A stretch of DNA of 64,000 bases from Haliotis rufescens (lineage: Eukaryota): NCBI RefSeq assembly GCF_023055435.1, contig NW_025963879.1, forward strand, positions 992,001 to 1,056,000. The letters run 5' to 3'. This document shows positions 12,194 to 27,000 of the stretch, piece by piece. Made by a program: the position numbers and the translations under genes. Within the stretch, counting starts at the first letter, position 1. Each line of letters opens with the position of its first letter. The notes under the pieces were generated by a model. That model worked only from the letters and a program-made list of their open reading frames with translations. It was not told where the DNA came from and made no database searches.

Positions 12194-15001
12194 TCGGCTT
12201 GGTACACCTTTGCCGGCCCTGCAAACACCTTTCGGGAATGTTGGCCAGGCCTAATTTGTGTGATGTTTCCACACCCAAGTCAAACACTCACACTGTAGCG
12301 GGGATAACCTCCTCGTGCTGAGATTTGGTGGTAGGGAGGTTTAATTAAAATAATGTTACTCTTAGAAACAAACCACAAAAGACACATTGTGTCAGTTCTT
12401 CCTGTTATATTTAACATGTAACAATGAATTGTTCCTTGAAGATATAGTTTTGAGTTACCCAATGATTCAATTAAAATTAAATATATGTATAATATATCAG
12501 AAAATATTTGCATTTTAATTGGAAGTGAGAATAATTATTACCTCACAACCATTATCTTAGAAAAAAATATTTTTTTTAGAATGAAGTAAGAATATATGAG
12601 TACAACAATATTAACATGTGGCTTTTTTCATTGCCCATTACTGATTTATATATGAGAGTTGGAACTGCATCTTCAATGGCTGTACGTGTATCTTATGGAG
12701 AGAGTTTGTTGTCACTCTGAATTTCTATGTCTTTATGTAATTATGAAACAAATGGGATTGTTTCACAGATCTGTTAGATCAGGTGGGTAAGTCAGTTGAC
12801 AATTCTTGAACTCATGAATTGTAAGCATTCTCTGAGATTCCGGCCTACAAACGATCACGAAAATGACACTGATTAAACATATGCCATACAAATATTAACA
12901 TATTAGATGTCATATTCATAGTTTGATGAATAAGAGGTGCCTCATATGTTTTTAAGATATGTTTTACAAAATACACAAATCTCATTGAAACCAAAAGGAA
13001 CTTTCTCTTCGTCATTCAAATATGATTAGCACTTGACACACGTCGCAAATTGTATCAAAATCATTACATATTATTTGATAAATCATACCCAAACTGCCAT
13101 CTGAAGAGGTATAACCAAAATATCAAAACCCGCTTGGGGTCCACACTTTATTGGTTCGGAAAGTATACACCGGCTGTGAGAAATACGATGGAAGGGGGAT
13201 AACTCCTATCACAAATCGTCAATGTTTTTACAAATCGCCCATCAAATCGTGATACTGCTACTTAGCTTTGAAGAATGAGTTGTGCACGGATATCATATTG
13301 GCGGGTCTGGTACTAGGATGGTGCATGGATTGCTGGATTGGATATTTTGATATTTATGTCCATTTCATAACGCTCGTCCCATTCACTAAATAAATGCGCA
13401 TGGCGCTATTAATCATAATTCATTTGAATGTCAGTCTTGTCTTTTTAGAGAATACAACCCCTCTTTCTTATGACAGTCTAACGCTAGGAGGTATTCAGTC
13501 ACAATTACATCCCACCGGGTACCCATTCACTGTTTGATAAACGTGGGCATATTTCGTCACAATATTTCGTCACATGCCCAAAGAGATACCCCAAGTTGTA
13601 ACCTTAGTGTCAATGTGAGGTAGGACAACAGTCCAAGAAACTCTTTCCCAATACCCATCCACCTACTCACCAAGATGGAGGATGGAAAGATGTGGAGGAT
13701 GAGGCAAAGGATAAAGGATGAGAACATCAATTCGTCAATCCATCCAGACCATCAGCTGTAATCGCACCTTAAAGTGTAGTCAAGGAAGAACACAACGTAG
13801 CTCCGTGTCCTTGTGTCGTCTCCATTGTCCTGTGTACTCTTGCACATCATGATGTTAATCAGATACGGGTGTGCATACATGTATCTCCAGAAAAGTGGTG
13901 AGGAGTATGAACAAATACTGCACCTATTTTATTTCATGAATATATTTTCGAAATACTAGCATAATCATACAAACACTTTTCCTCGAGTTTTTGAATAAAC
14001 ATTATACAAAGGCTTTAGCGCTGGTAATTTAAAACATGCGCTGCATGCACTGCTCTGCAAATGACACATTGCATCCTGCACATCTCCCGTCCTTAAAATA
14101 AATATATTTTTAATTTAAAACGAGAGATGGTGTTTACTTTTCGAACCTAGCGTCCTAGCGCGATTATACGACTGTGGCCAACGCAGGCGGGCTACTCGCA
14201 CGAACTAGCGTATTCATTATAAGATGATTCACAGCCAAGACATGCTGTATGTGATGTGTACTTGTATGTTTGAACATCATGTCATTATGAAAAAACAAGC
14301 CGCAGAAACAGACCTGCCATGACTTGCACAAGATGATGGCTTAGTTCTACACCACGTTTGGTCAATTTCCCAAAACACTGTACACAGGGAACACCAAGAC
14401 TTGCCTTCACAAGCCATGTTGTGAATAGATCCCGCTCTTGGCGTCACGAGCGAACGCTTTAACCACTAGGCTCCCGGACGCCCCACAATTAAATCGTTGT
14501 AGACTACAAAACCGATCGCAGCCCGGTTGAAGTTTAATAGATTAATTTACATAAATGCCACGTGCATGTGTGTAACACTTCGCATTTATATAAATCCCTC
14601 GCACATATATTCAAAAGGTTTCGAAAAGTGAAGTGACTCAAAACGTATTTGTTATGGCAGTGTCTGTGTCCCATTAGACTTTACCCTCCGTTTGGAAAAA
14701 TTTTGCCACCCTCTTGAAATCTTCTAATTTCTTTAATATTTTAATATCCATTCCAACATGTCATTTCAATCACTACCACTAATCATGACACGAATAATAT
14801 TGATAGGTTAACAGTAAAATATACGATAATCAATGCTCCCGATGACGTATGTTAGATAAACATAGATCACAAAGAAAAGTTTTGTGCCAAGTATTTTTTA
14901 TAACCTTAAATACAATATACATCTGCAAATGCCAGTTATGATGCAATAACAATATTAATCATGTCCATTTGATGGTGTTCATAATTTTGACGTCACAGTC
15001 T

Positions 15002-18000
15002 TCAGGGATTCTCTCTGAAGATCTGTTCGATCCAGTCCGTAGCTTGTCGGATGTCAGCAATGTTAAACTGTGAACTTGTGGGATCGCTGCTACATGTGAT
15101 CATCTCCATCATAGTCAGACTGTCAGCAACATACTTCCCAGTGGCATCATCCCTGCAGATCACGCCACCACCAAAATCACCCTGAAAGAAAATGGCAATG
15201 AGAGTGTGAGAGAGTTGGTTTTACCGCCGCTTTGAAGTTTGTTTGCTATATAACGCCGCACTCAGCTATAGTTCAGCTATATGACGGCGGTATGTAAATA
15301 ATCGTGTCTTGACCAGACCATCCAGTGATTGGTATCCTGAGCATCGATCTACAATCGGGATACGACGACATGCATCAACCAAGTCAACGAGTCTTACCAC
15401 CCTATCCCGTTAGTCGCCTCTTACGACAAGCAAAGTGGCCTCTTGGGTTGCTGAAGACCTATTCTATCCCGGATCTTCACGGGTCTGATTGGAGGAAAGG
15501 GATGCTGGCCTCAGGTGTTTACAACCAGACTGGGTATGGTGCTGAATAAACTAGAAACATAATCCGGGCGAATCTGCGAATCAAACCCACGGCCTCGGGT
15601 GCCTGTGTTATTGCAATAAAAGCGAAGGTATTTTTCAGCCGTTTGTTTCATTGTGTCTACTAATATGTAATGTCATTTTCAAAAGGGGTGTCGCTTAGGA
15701 AACTGGCAAAACGCAAAAAACACTAAAATGCCACCTCAGTTAAAACTAAATGTGACATGTTGGAGTGAGAATATGTTAGGTGTTTTTTTGCTAAAACAAA
15801 ATTCTGTGAACAGTCGAGTTTGTATTCTGTATGTACAGCACGTTTTAAGAAATGAAACATGTATATCGGTTAATTGCTTTCCTATAAAAAAAACAACAAC
15901 ATATATGGAGAGTATTACATTCATGTTTGTACCATTGTTATTTTATGAAACGGATCTCAGGATTGTCCGAGTGAAAGCGGGAGCAAAACATTATTTCCGA
16001 CAAGTTTCGTAAAATCACGACAGGCAAACAAAGTTAAAACTCAATTGAGTCATCATAATTATTGAATATCAACTGAGGGGATCCAGTTTCCTCTACCGTG
16101 TCAAATGACAGTATCCACGTGATGTCATAATAAAAATGTGAGTCGCTAAATATCACGTCAACAACTATGCTTGTTTCAACAATGGAGTCTGGACTACTTT
16201 GACACAGCGACAACATGTGGAGCGTACGCGTATTTTGAATCGTCCGTGGCTATAGATAATAGTACTCATGATTATGGCTTTCATATGAGAGCAAACGGAG
16301 GTATCTTCTTGGGTGTTCTCTATACTCACGTTGCATGGCGAAGCACCAGTTCCGTTGATGGCACACTTGGTCGTCAGAGGTTGAACAACGGGAACTTGGT
16401 TGTTGCGGTAATAACTGAGGGCTTCACATGCGTCGAAATCAAACACCTGTACCTCAGCCTTCTGGAGAACGCCCGACAGGTCTATAGTAATAATAATAAT
16501 GATGATGATGAATGAGAAACGACCCATACCGTAGGGGTAATATGACACACAATCAGCCAGGTCACACATTGTAACCATCCGATTCTCATTGACCGCCTCT
16601 ACACACAAGAGACACAATCAGCCAGGTCTCACATTGTAACCATCCGATTCTCATTGATCGGCTCTACACACGAGAGACACAATCAGCCAGGTCACACATT
16701 GTGACCATCCGATTCTCATTGATCGGCTCTACACACAAGAGACACATTCAGCCATGTCACATATTGTAACCATCCGATTCTCATTGATCGGCTCTAAACA
16801 CAAGAGACACAATCAGCCAGATCACACATTGTAACCATCTGATTGTCATTGATCGGCTCCACAGACAAGAGACACAATCAGCCATGTCACACATTGTAAC
16901 CATCCGCTTCTCATTGATCGGCTCTAAACACAGAGACAGGAGACACAGTCAGCCATGTCACACATTGTAACCGTCCGATTCTCATTGATCGGCTCACACA
17001 CAAGAGACACAATCAGCCATGTCACACATTGTAACCATCCGATTCACATTGATCGGCTCTTCACACAAGAGACACAATCAGCCAGGTCACACATTGTAAC
17101 CATCCGATTCTCTTTGATCGGCTCTACACACAAGGGACACAATTAGCCAGGTCACACATTGTAACCATCCGATTCTCATTGATCGGCTCTACAGACAAGA
17201 AACACAATCAGCCAGATCACACATTGTGACCATCCGATTCTCATTGATCGGCTCTACACACAAGAGACACAATCAGCCATGTCATACATTGTAACCATCC
17301 GATTCTCATTGATCGGCTCTACAGACAAGAGACACAATCAGCCATGTCACACATTGTAACCATCCGATTCTCATTGATCGGCTCTACAGACAAGAAACAC
17401 AATCAGCCATGTCACACATTGTAACCATCCGATTCTCATTGATCGGCTCACACACAAGAGACACAATCAGCCATGTCACACATTGTAACCATCCGATTCT
17501 CTTTGATCGGCTCTAAACACAAGGGACACAATCAGCCAGGTCACACATTGTAACCATCCGATTCTCATTGATCGGCTCTAAACACAAGAGACACAATCAG
17601 CCAGGTCACCAATTGTAACCATCCGATTCTCTTTGATCGGCTCTAAAGACAAGGGACACAATCAGCCAGGTCACACATTGTAACCATCCGATTCTCGTTG
17701 ATTGGCTCTAAACACAAGAGACACAATCAGCCAGGTCACACATTGTAACCATTGGATTCTCATTGTTCGGCTCTACACACAAGAGACACAATCAGCCATG
17801 TCACACATTGTAACCATCCGCTTCTCATTGTACGGCTCTAAACACAAAGAGACAGGAGACACACTCCGCCTGTCACACATTGTAACCATCCGATTCTCAT
17901 TGTTCGGCCCTAAACACAAGAGACACAATCAGCCATGTCACACATTGTAACCATCCGATTCTAATTGATCGGCTCTACACTCAAGAGACACAGTCAGCCA

Positions 18001-21000
18001 GGTCACACATTGTGACCATCCGATTCTCATTAATCGGCTCTACACACAAGAAATACAATCAGCCAGGTCACACATTGTAACCATCCGATTTTCATTGATC
18101 GGCTCTACACACAAGAGACACAATCAGCTAGGTCACACATTGTGACCATCCGATTCTCATTAATCGGCTCTACACACAAGAGACACAATCAGCCAGGTCA
18201 CACATTGTGACCATCCGATTCTCATTAATCGGCTCTACACACAAGAGACACAGTCAGCCAGGTCACACATTGTGACCATCCGATTCTCATTAATCGGCTC
18301 TACACACAAGAAACACAATCAGCCAGGTCACACATTGTGACCATCCGATTTTCATTAATCGGCTCTACACACAAGAGACACAATCAGCCAGGTCACACAT
18401 TGTGACCATCCGATTCTCATTAATCGACCCTTAAGACAAGCTTGGGGCCGGAATGCAGAGCATACAGTCATAATAATGACAGAAAAAGTTAGTGTTTAGG
18501 AAATTCGTTAATGATTACCTTCTCAGTATTTATAATCAACCGGCAGATTTGATCAAGGTATATGGACTTGACATATGTAAATACAGAATGCATACTTTCA
18601 TCGGTACTGGTACCCCATCCTGTGATCTTGCACGTTGGGGATCCGCACTTCTCTGGGTACTCCTTGGCGATGGGGATGCAAGCAGGGCGAGCGCAGTCTG
18701 TTAGTGTCACCTCTCTTTCAAGCTCAACCAGAGCGTAAGAAAATTCTGGAGAAAGAAATGAACAATGGAAGCCTTACGAATCAACAACATTCACGTACAT
18801 CACAAACTGAGCTTAATGTGGCGGGGCTAAGGGTGAGTTCCTTGCACAACATCATCAGAGAAAGACAATAGTCACATACCTTGGTACGGAAGGGAAATTG
18901 CTGCAGGAGAAATGACTCCGGTCAAGATCAAAGAGAAAAAGTCGGTTGTGATTTGGAAGCGGCTCAGAGGGTGGAATGTGACATTCTTAATTCTGATGTA
19001 TTGCTCATCTCCATTATCTTGGAAGATGTTGTGATCTCCAACCGAGGCAAACAGGGTATGGGAGTAAAAGGGATCTGAAGCTGATCTTCTACCGGCTCTG
19101 AAATAAATGTACAGGAATTGGTTGAAACTAGATGTATATACAATTCTGCTGGTCGTCTACCGGCTCTCAAATAAATGTACAGGAATTGGTTGAAACTACA
19201 TAGCGTCTCGTTCCATCGAACGAAATATCAGAAACATGTAGGGATATAGCAAAGATGTAGCCTCACCTTATAAGAGCAAAAGCTGTGGTTAGAACCCACT
19301 TGCCCTGAATAAGAATGCCAGCGCCTTGATGCTGAGAGTTGGCAAAGTTTGGTACTTGGTTCAGAATTGTTGTGTCAGCAAACCTTCTGAAAGACACTTG
19401 CCACGGGCTAATGCACTTCTGTTCTGCTTCAGAGAATCCTATCCTTATTTGTGGCGTAGGTACAGTACCACAGTCAGGGTGGTTGATTTCAACTGAGGAG
19501 AGAAAAGTGCATGCTCAGATCTATTACTCATCAAACGTTTCAGTGAGTAAAAGATAGTTTTAGGCCTCGTTTAGCAATATTCACGCGATATGGTGGCGGG
19601 GGGGGGGGGGGGGGGGGGGAACATACAGTAAGTCGAGGAGGGGAACATTAGGAAAGATGTGGCTGAGGTGAAATGGGATTTAACGTCGCGTCTAAGATTA
19701 TGCACCTATTTGGCGACGTGCATGCACGTGTGTATATGTGTGGCTGCTTCTACTAGTCCGAGTTTATAGTGCTCGCCCACTAAGATACCATGCCGTAGTT
19801 TAACATGAATACCCCACTAAGACACAGTATACTGTCTCCGAGTGTTCATGACGTCATGGCGATTTTATATGACGTCGTTCCACCATGACAGTAACTGGGC
19901 TGATGTCTCCATTTGAGGTCCGGAAACTCACATTTTTCTACATGGAATGTTGAATGTTAATTCACTCGGGACAGATGATCCGAAATTTCACGTGTCTAGT
20001 AGGTTATTCTCTAAATACACCAGTGTCCGTCGCTAAGACTATCGTAAAGTCCATAACAGAGCCTTATTAAAGTCGTAACGCTGAGATGGCTTTGTTGAAC
20101 GGCGCCCTGGACACTATAGTGGTACATCCAGGTACATACTTGACATTCAAACTACACGGTATCTATCAGGTTTCTATGATATTACCTATGCAACTTGTTT
20201 TTCCATCGCCAGTGTAACCTGCTTGGCAAACACAGGTATAGGATCCAATTGTGTCCACACAATTTGCGTTAGCTGCGCATGTAAAGGTGGCTGCGTTGGA
20301 ACACTCATTAACGTCTGAAAAAGTAATACCATAAAATTAAACAGTTCCTCACACGCTGCTCAAGCTCACCTACCGTCACCATACTTCCAAATGTATTGAC
20401 CTGCGTTTCGGTGCTAATTACCAATTGTAGGCAAAATAAAAGACTTGCGTGTCAATATGTACAGCGAATTTTTATTGAAGCGTTAAAACTCCGTTACATA
20501 AAACCTTAGCTTATACTTTAAATCAGTAATAATACGTTAGGGGAAGACCATTTGAAATTCATGGGGTCAGGGTTGGTTTGTTGGTTTGTTCTTTAACGCC
20601 GCACTAAATTGCTGAATTAATCGTATACAAGTAGCCCCTGTAAATCAGAGACAATCTGTGCACAGATAGAAATTGAAAATATTGAATGCGAATATGTTCA
20701 TTGGGAAATTGGCAAACCAACCTGTCTAGTTCGCGTGCGTGCGTGTGTGCATATATGTGTACCTATAACACAATGGTAGAGTCGAGATCAAAAGCCAAAT
20801 ATCCATACACTACTTAATAATCCTTTTCAAAGTAATGTTTTAAAACATTTTACATATTCCACCCCGGCTCTCCGCGTGTCTTTTCGGGACTGGGAGTGTT
20901 CCACATATCATTTACTATAATATTCCATAAAAATAATTCGTTCCCGAAAACAACACATCAGTTTCTTAATAAAAAAACATCGATAAACTTGTTCCGCTCC

Positions 21001-24000
21001 TCGTGCTGCGAGACTAAAAATATTCATCCAACACAAATCCCAGCCACTGACTGTTCATTGTAAACAAAATAGCACTCACTTGTACAGGTGACTCCATCCC
21101 CAGTGTAGCCGGGATTACATGTGCATGTGTAGGTACCAGGTTGGTTCACGCAGGTGGCTTCAGCGTGGCATGTTCCAGAAATGTCACACTCGTTGACATC
21201 TGTTGAGGAACAATATCATGGCATTAGCAATATATCAGCAAGCTGAAAACAGCGGCCAATGTAGACCAATTATGTCTGTCAACGCTAAACTAGCAAGGTT
21301 AAAACAGCGGCCAGTGTCCACCAATTATGCCTGTCAACACTAAACTAGCAAGGTTAAAACAGCGACCAGTGACGACAAATTATGTCTGTCAACGCTAAAC
21401 TAGCAAGGTTAAAACAGCGGCCAGTTTCCACAAATTATGCCTGTCAACACTAAACCAGGAAGGTGAAAACAGCGGCCAGTGTCCACAAATTATGCCTGTC
21501 AACACTAAACCAGGAAGGTGAAAACAGCGGCCACGGCCAGTGTCCACCAATTATGCCTGTCAACACTAAACTAGCAAGGTTAAAACAGCGGCCAGTGTCT
21601 ACCAATCATGTCTGTCAACACTAAACTAGCAAGGTTAAAACAGCGGCCAGTGTCTACCAATCATGTCTGTCAACACTAAACTAGCAAGGTTAAAACAGCG
21701 GCCAGTGTCTACCAATCATGTCTGTCAACACTAAACTAGCAAGGTTAAAACAGCGGCCAGTGTCGACCAATTATGTCTATCAACGCTAAACTAGCAAGGT
21801 TAAAACAGCGGCCAGTGTCGATAAAGTTTGTCTGTCAACACTAAACCAGGAAGGTGAAAACAGCGGCCAGTGTCCACCAATTATGCCTGTCAACACTAAA
21901 CTAGCAAGGTTAAAACAGCGACCAGTGATGACAAATTATGTCTGTCAACGCTAAACTAGCAAGGTTAAAACAGCGGCCAGTGTCCACAAATTATGTCTGT
22001 CAACACTAAACTAGGAAGGTGAAAACAGCGGCCAGTATAGACAAATCATGTCGGTCAACGCTAAGCCAGCAACAACGGCCAGTGTAGACAAATTACATGC
22101 ATGTCTGTCAACGCCGGTCCAAAAATAATAAAATGTGCCAGAAGGTAATTATTGTTGTTTCTGTTCTTATTTCATCTGACCGAAAAAACTTTTAAACGCT
22201 TAATTTAAAAGTATTATTTTGAATAATAATAATAATAATAATAATGTTTGTACTTCTTTTACGCTAGACTCCATAAACAAAATGCATGCTCAAAGCGATG
22301 ACATTATTACCCCCGTCAATGGAGTCTGAACTCGTTGATCATTCTCAGCTCCCTGGGGAGTATACAACCCAAGACGCCTGTGAGGCGTTAGAAGGTTAAC
22401 TGTCACAATGTATTACATTCTATTCTATTATTATTACCAACGACCCTTGAAACCAAAAAAATTGTAAACTAAAAGCATGAAAGAGAGTCTGCAGTATAGT
22501 TTCATTTTCACATATGTGCCTATGTTAATAGACGGAGATGAAAGTATAAATGTTACACATGGAATAAGACAGAGCTGTTGACTTGAGAGAGACGAGTAGA
22601 CACATGTACAAAAGTTTTGCCAGACACGGGGGCAAGGGACACAACTATAATCTTACCTGTACACGTGAAGCCATTCCCAGTGTAACCGGAATTACACGTG
22701 CAGGTGTACGATCCAAAGGTGTCACTGCAGGTGGCAGCAGAGTCACAGTTGTTAATGTTGGGTGCTGCGCATTCATTAATATCTGTGTGCGAGAATGTAA
22801 AAGTGTGTAAGTTTACTGATCAAACTTTAAAATATATATCCCTAAAACACTTATACACACTTCATATCACACCAGTATTTGGGTGAATTTGGGTTTAACG
22901 TCGCGTCCAAGATTATTGCACTTATATAGCGACGTGCATGCACGTGTGTGTGTGTGTGTGTGGCTGCTTCTACTAGTCCGGACTGATGCCGATTTATAGT
23001 GCTAGCTCACTGAGATACCATGCCGCAGTTTAACATGAATACCCCACTCAGACACAGTATACTGACTCCGAGCCGACCAGTCCTTGTTTTTAGCCCCTTA
23101 ATGCCGAGCGCCAGACAGGGTAGCAACAAGTACCATCTTTTAACGTCTTTTGGTATGACGCGGCCGGGGATCGAACCCCGGACCTTCCGCTCTCCGGGCG
23201 AACGCTCTACCACAAGACCACGGAGGCGGCGTATTAAAATCAAGAAGAGTGAGTGAGTTAAAATTTAATGTTGCATTATTTCAGCCATATAGCGACATAA
23301 CCATGAAGAACACCGTAAAGGAATCGCTGACGCTTCACAACACAAAATGATTACAGTTACTGANNNNNNNNNNNNNNNNNNNNNNNNNNNNNNNNNNNNN
23401 NNNNNNNNNNNNNNNNNNNNNNNNNNNNNNNNNNNNNNNNNNNNNNNNNNNNNNNNNNNNNNNNNNNNNNNNNNNNNNNNNNNNNNNNNNNNTAAGATAT
23501 ATTTTAGGAACAAGGGCATTTTAAATCATGTGTAGTATGTCAGATTATGATGAATTGAAGGTGAAAAGGGTTTATCATCGAGGTCGTTCAAGATTATTTC
23601 ACTATATATAGAGAAGTGTATGCAGGTGTGTGTGAGGCTCATTGTATTAATCCGGATTTATGCCGGTTCAAAAGTGCTAGCGTTTTTTGGCCGAGCGGCA
23701 GGCTGGGTGAGAGCAATTCTCTCACCGTACTTTAAAGTTCTAGGTTGATTGGTTAAGGAGTGGGCAACTATATTCCATGTAGCCCGCTTATGTAGCCCGC
23801 TGAAGAATTACTCGGAACATCTTAGGTTACTTGTACATCTCGAATAAGTATCGCTGAGTGGGAAAGAACCGATGTTTATCCGTTGCATTGGGAAAAAGGA
23901 AACTCGTTTTGTTATGTCGTCTGCTTCGGGTTTTCCTAACTCAGTGAATCTGCGGACATATATTCCGGGCTAAAATGAATGAATGACGGAAGGACAATTC

Positions 24001-27000
24001 GTTGTCAACCGATCGATCCCTCGAGGTATAAGGTGAATGTACCCTGTTTGTGAGCCCATGTGCACTAGTATATGGTGTTTAAGGGGTCTTACTGATACAG
24101 GTAGATCCATCCCCAGAGAAACCGACTCGGCAGGTGCAGGTGAAGGAGCCTACGGTGTTGGCGCAGTCAGCGTTGCCGTCACAGCCCCCGTTGTTGGTAG
24201 CACATTCGTTTACATCTGAAATTGAATAAAAATTGGATGTCAGAAAATCGATATTTTCGAAAAACGATTATTTCTGCATAATCTGAAACATGTAACTCCT
24301 GTAAACCAGTGAACAAAAACCGCAGTTATTTATTTGTTGTTTTCCACCGGAGCAAGAAATATTAAATAAAAAATACGGCGATGTAAACATAACGGGCAAA
24401 CCAGTCGTCCACAGTGTGATCAACGCCCACTACACCAGGGTACAGTGACACGTAACAATCAAAGTTTGGAGTATGCTTCTGGGACCCGTGCCACAAAGCG
24501 ATCTTAGCGCTAACTCGGTCGTAACTCCCATTCTTTAACACTAACTTACGACAGTCGTAGCGCTAAGATCGCTTTGTGGAACGGGTCCCTGGACTCCAAG
24601 CGTAAGTGAGGAACCACATTTAAAGAGGTCTGAAGTATTTAGGAGAGTAACCTCAATGACTCGTCTCAGACATCCACACAAATTCAGTGAGTTTGGAACA
24701 ACGGAAAGAGGCTTCCAAACTGTACTCATTTGGGTATTCGAACTCCGGCCTTCGGCTTCAAGAGCTAAAGCTTTTTGACAAACAACATCGAAGTGTAAAC
24801 TTTTTCGAAGCCTGGTGCTTCTCAATGAAATGTCGTCGTTTTGGCAAATATAGTTTGCATTGATTTTCTTTAATAATCTGTGATTGAGGGTTCGAATCCC
24901 AGTTCGCCCTGATTATGTTTCTAGGTTTGTCAGCACCATACCCGTGCTTGTGGGTTTCACCAAATGGTAAACATCTGGGACCTGCATCACTTTTGGGCTT
25001 TCCTTTCGCATTAAGCTGACACGCCGTGATATAACTGGAATACTGTTCAAAGCAGCGTTAATCCAAAATCATTCACTCATTTTAATAATGTGTAGTTATT
25101 TAATTATTATAAATTTCAAATATTACCTGTGCATCCAACATTGCCATTTCCGCTAAAACCAGTGAAGCAGACGCAGGCGTATGAGCCAAATGTATCAACG
25201 CAATTTGCGTTAGCCCCGCATAAGTTGGTGTTGAGACACTCATTGTTATCTGAGACAGAAATATCATAGGAATAAGAGAGGGTCCAAATACTCCTCAGGT
25301 GCTCACCAGCGGCTGTAACATATATACCCATATTTATTACCTGCGCTTGCTCATATGCCATTGGAGATATGTGAAAAAAAAATGCATCCTCACACAATGA
25401 AACTTCGTTAATCCCGACGATATCGTGTACGGTGAACCCAATAATAAACAATGTCTGGTTTAACGAATCATACAATGCGTTGTGATATAGGTTCAGTACA
25501 GATAAACGTTCCTAAAAGTAATCGCCAAAAAAAGTGAGAAGTCCGTATAAACAAGGTCTTGGCTTTCGGGGTGTGACTTTATACAGGGAATATCCAATGA
25601 ACAGATACAGTGCTCTCAACTTATACCAGATAATAATAATTGTTATTGCATAATAAAATAGGGCCATAATAACAATAAATGCCCGAACCCTAATGTGGTA
25701 ATACAAATAAATGTACATGATGTGTTTAACAATGTAAAAGGAATATGTTTGTATTGACAAAGAAGAATGACACTTACTGAAGCAGTTGAATCCGTCGCCG
25801 CTGAAGCCACTGTTGCAGGTGCAGGTGAAGGAACCAACAGTGTTGTCGCACCGAGCGTTGCCGTCACAGCCACCGTTGTTGGTATTACACTCGTTTATAT
25901 CTGAAAATCGATTTTATTGCTGCGTTAAATATTATACATTTCACACCAGTAAACCAGTGAAATAATAACACAGATATGTGCTTGTTGTTTTATGCCGCAG
26001 TCAACAATATTAAAATATATTACGGTGACCTGTGAATAATTTGAGTGAGGCAAACCTGTGTTTAATAGTGGTAAATGTTGACGCCGCCGGTTACAGTGAC
26101 ACGCATCTGGCGTCAGGATCACGACCAGGCTCAACATTCGCTTGCATCTGCATCATGTACTATTTATGCTTTCCTACGACAAGAATGTACTATTTATGCT
26201 TTCCTACGACAAGAATATTCTATTTATGCTTTCCTACGATTAGAATGACTGTACTATTTATGATTTCCTACGACAAGAATGTATTATTTATGCTTTCCTA
26301 CGACTAGAATGTCATGTCGTTTTCCTACTACTAGAATGTTCAATTTATGCTTTCCTACGACTAGAATGTTCTATTTATGCTTTCCTACGACTAGAATGCC
26401 TGTACTATTTATGCTTTCCTATGTCAAGAATGTTCTACTTATGTTTTCCTACGACAAGAATGTTCTATTTATGCTTTCCTACGACTAGAATGTACTATTT
26501 ATGCTTTCCTACGACTAGAATGTTCTATTTCTGCTTTCCTACGTCTAGAATGTTCTATTTATGCTTTCCGACGATAAGAATGTTTTATTTATGCTTTCCT
26601 ACGACTAGAATGCCTGTACTATTTATGCTTTCCTACGTCAAGAATGTTCTACTTATGTTTTCCTACGACAAGAATGTTCTATTTATGCTTTCCTACGACT
26701 AGAATGTACTATTTATGCTTTCCTACGACTAGAATGTTCTATTTATGCTTTCGTACGACTAGAATGTTCTATTTCTGCTTTCCTACGTCTAGAATGGTCT
26801 ATTTATGCTTTCCTACGTCTAGAATGTTCTATTTATGCTTTCCTACAAGAATGTTCTATTTATGCTTTCCTACTACTAGAATGTTCTATTTATCCTTTCC
26901 TACGTCTAGAATGGTCTATTTATGCTTTCCTACTACTAGAATGTTCTATTTATGCTTTCGTACGACTAGAATGTTCTATTTATGCTTTCCTACGTCTAGA

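Noticed and set aside
15451-15486. Hammerhead core CTGAAGA on the antisense strand of family 3 repeats
   Set aside because: No downstream stem II + GAAA or closing helices. The motif is simply one arm of the head hairpin.
16544-18425. CRISPR-like appearance of the regular arrays (also 21240-22112, 26155-27052, 36225-37020) and their repetitive ORFs
   Set aside because: Head-to-tail units without unique spacers, no cas genes, eukaryotic intronic context. The ORFs are translations of the repeats.
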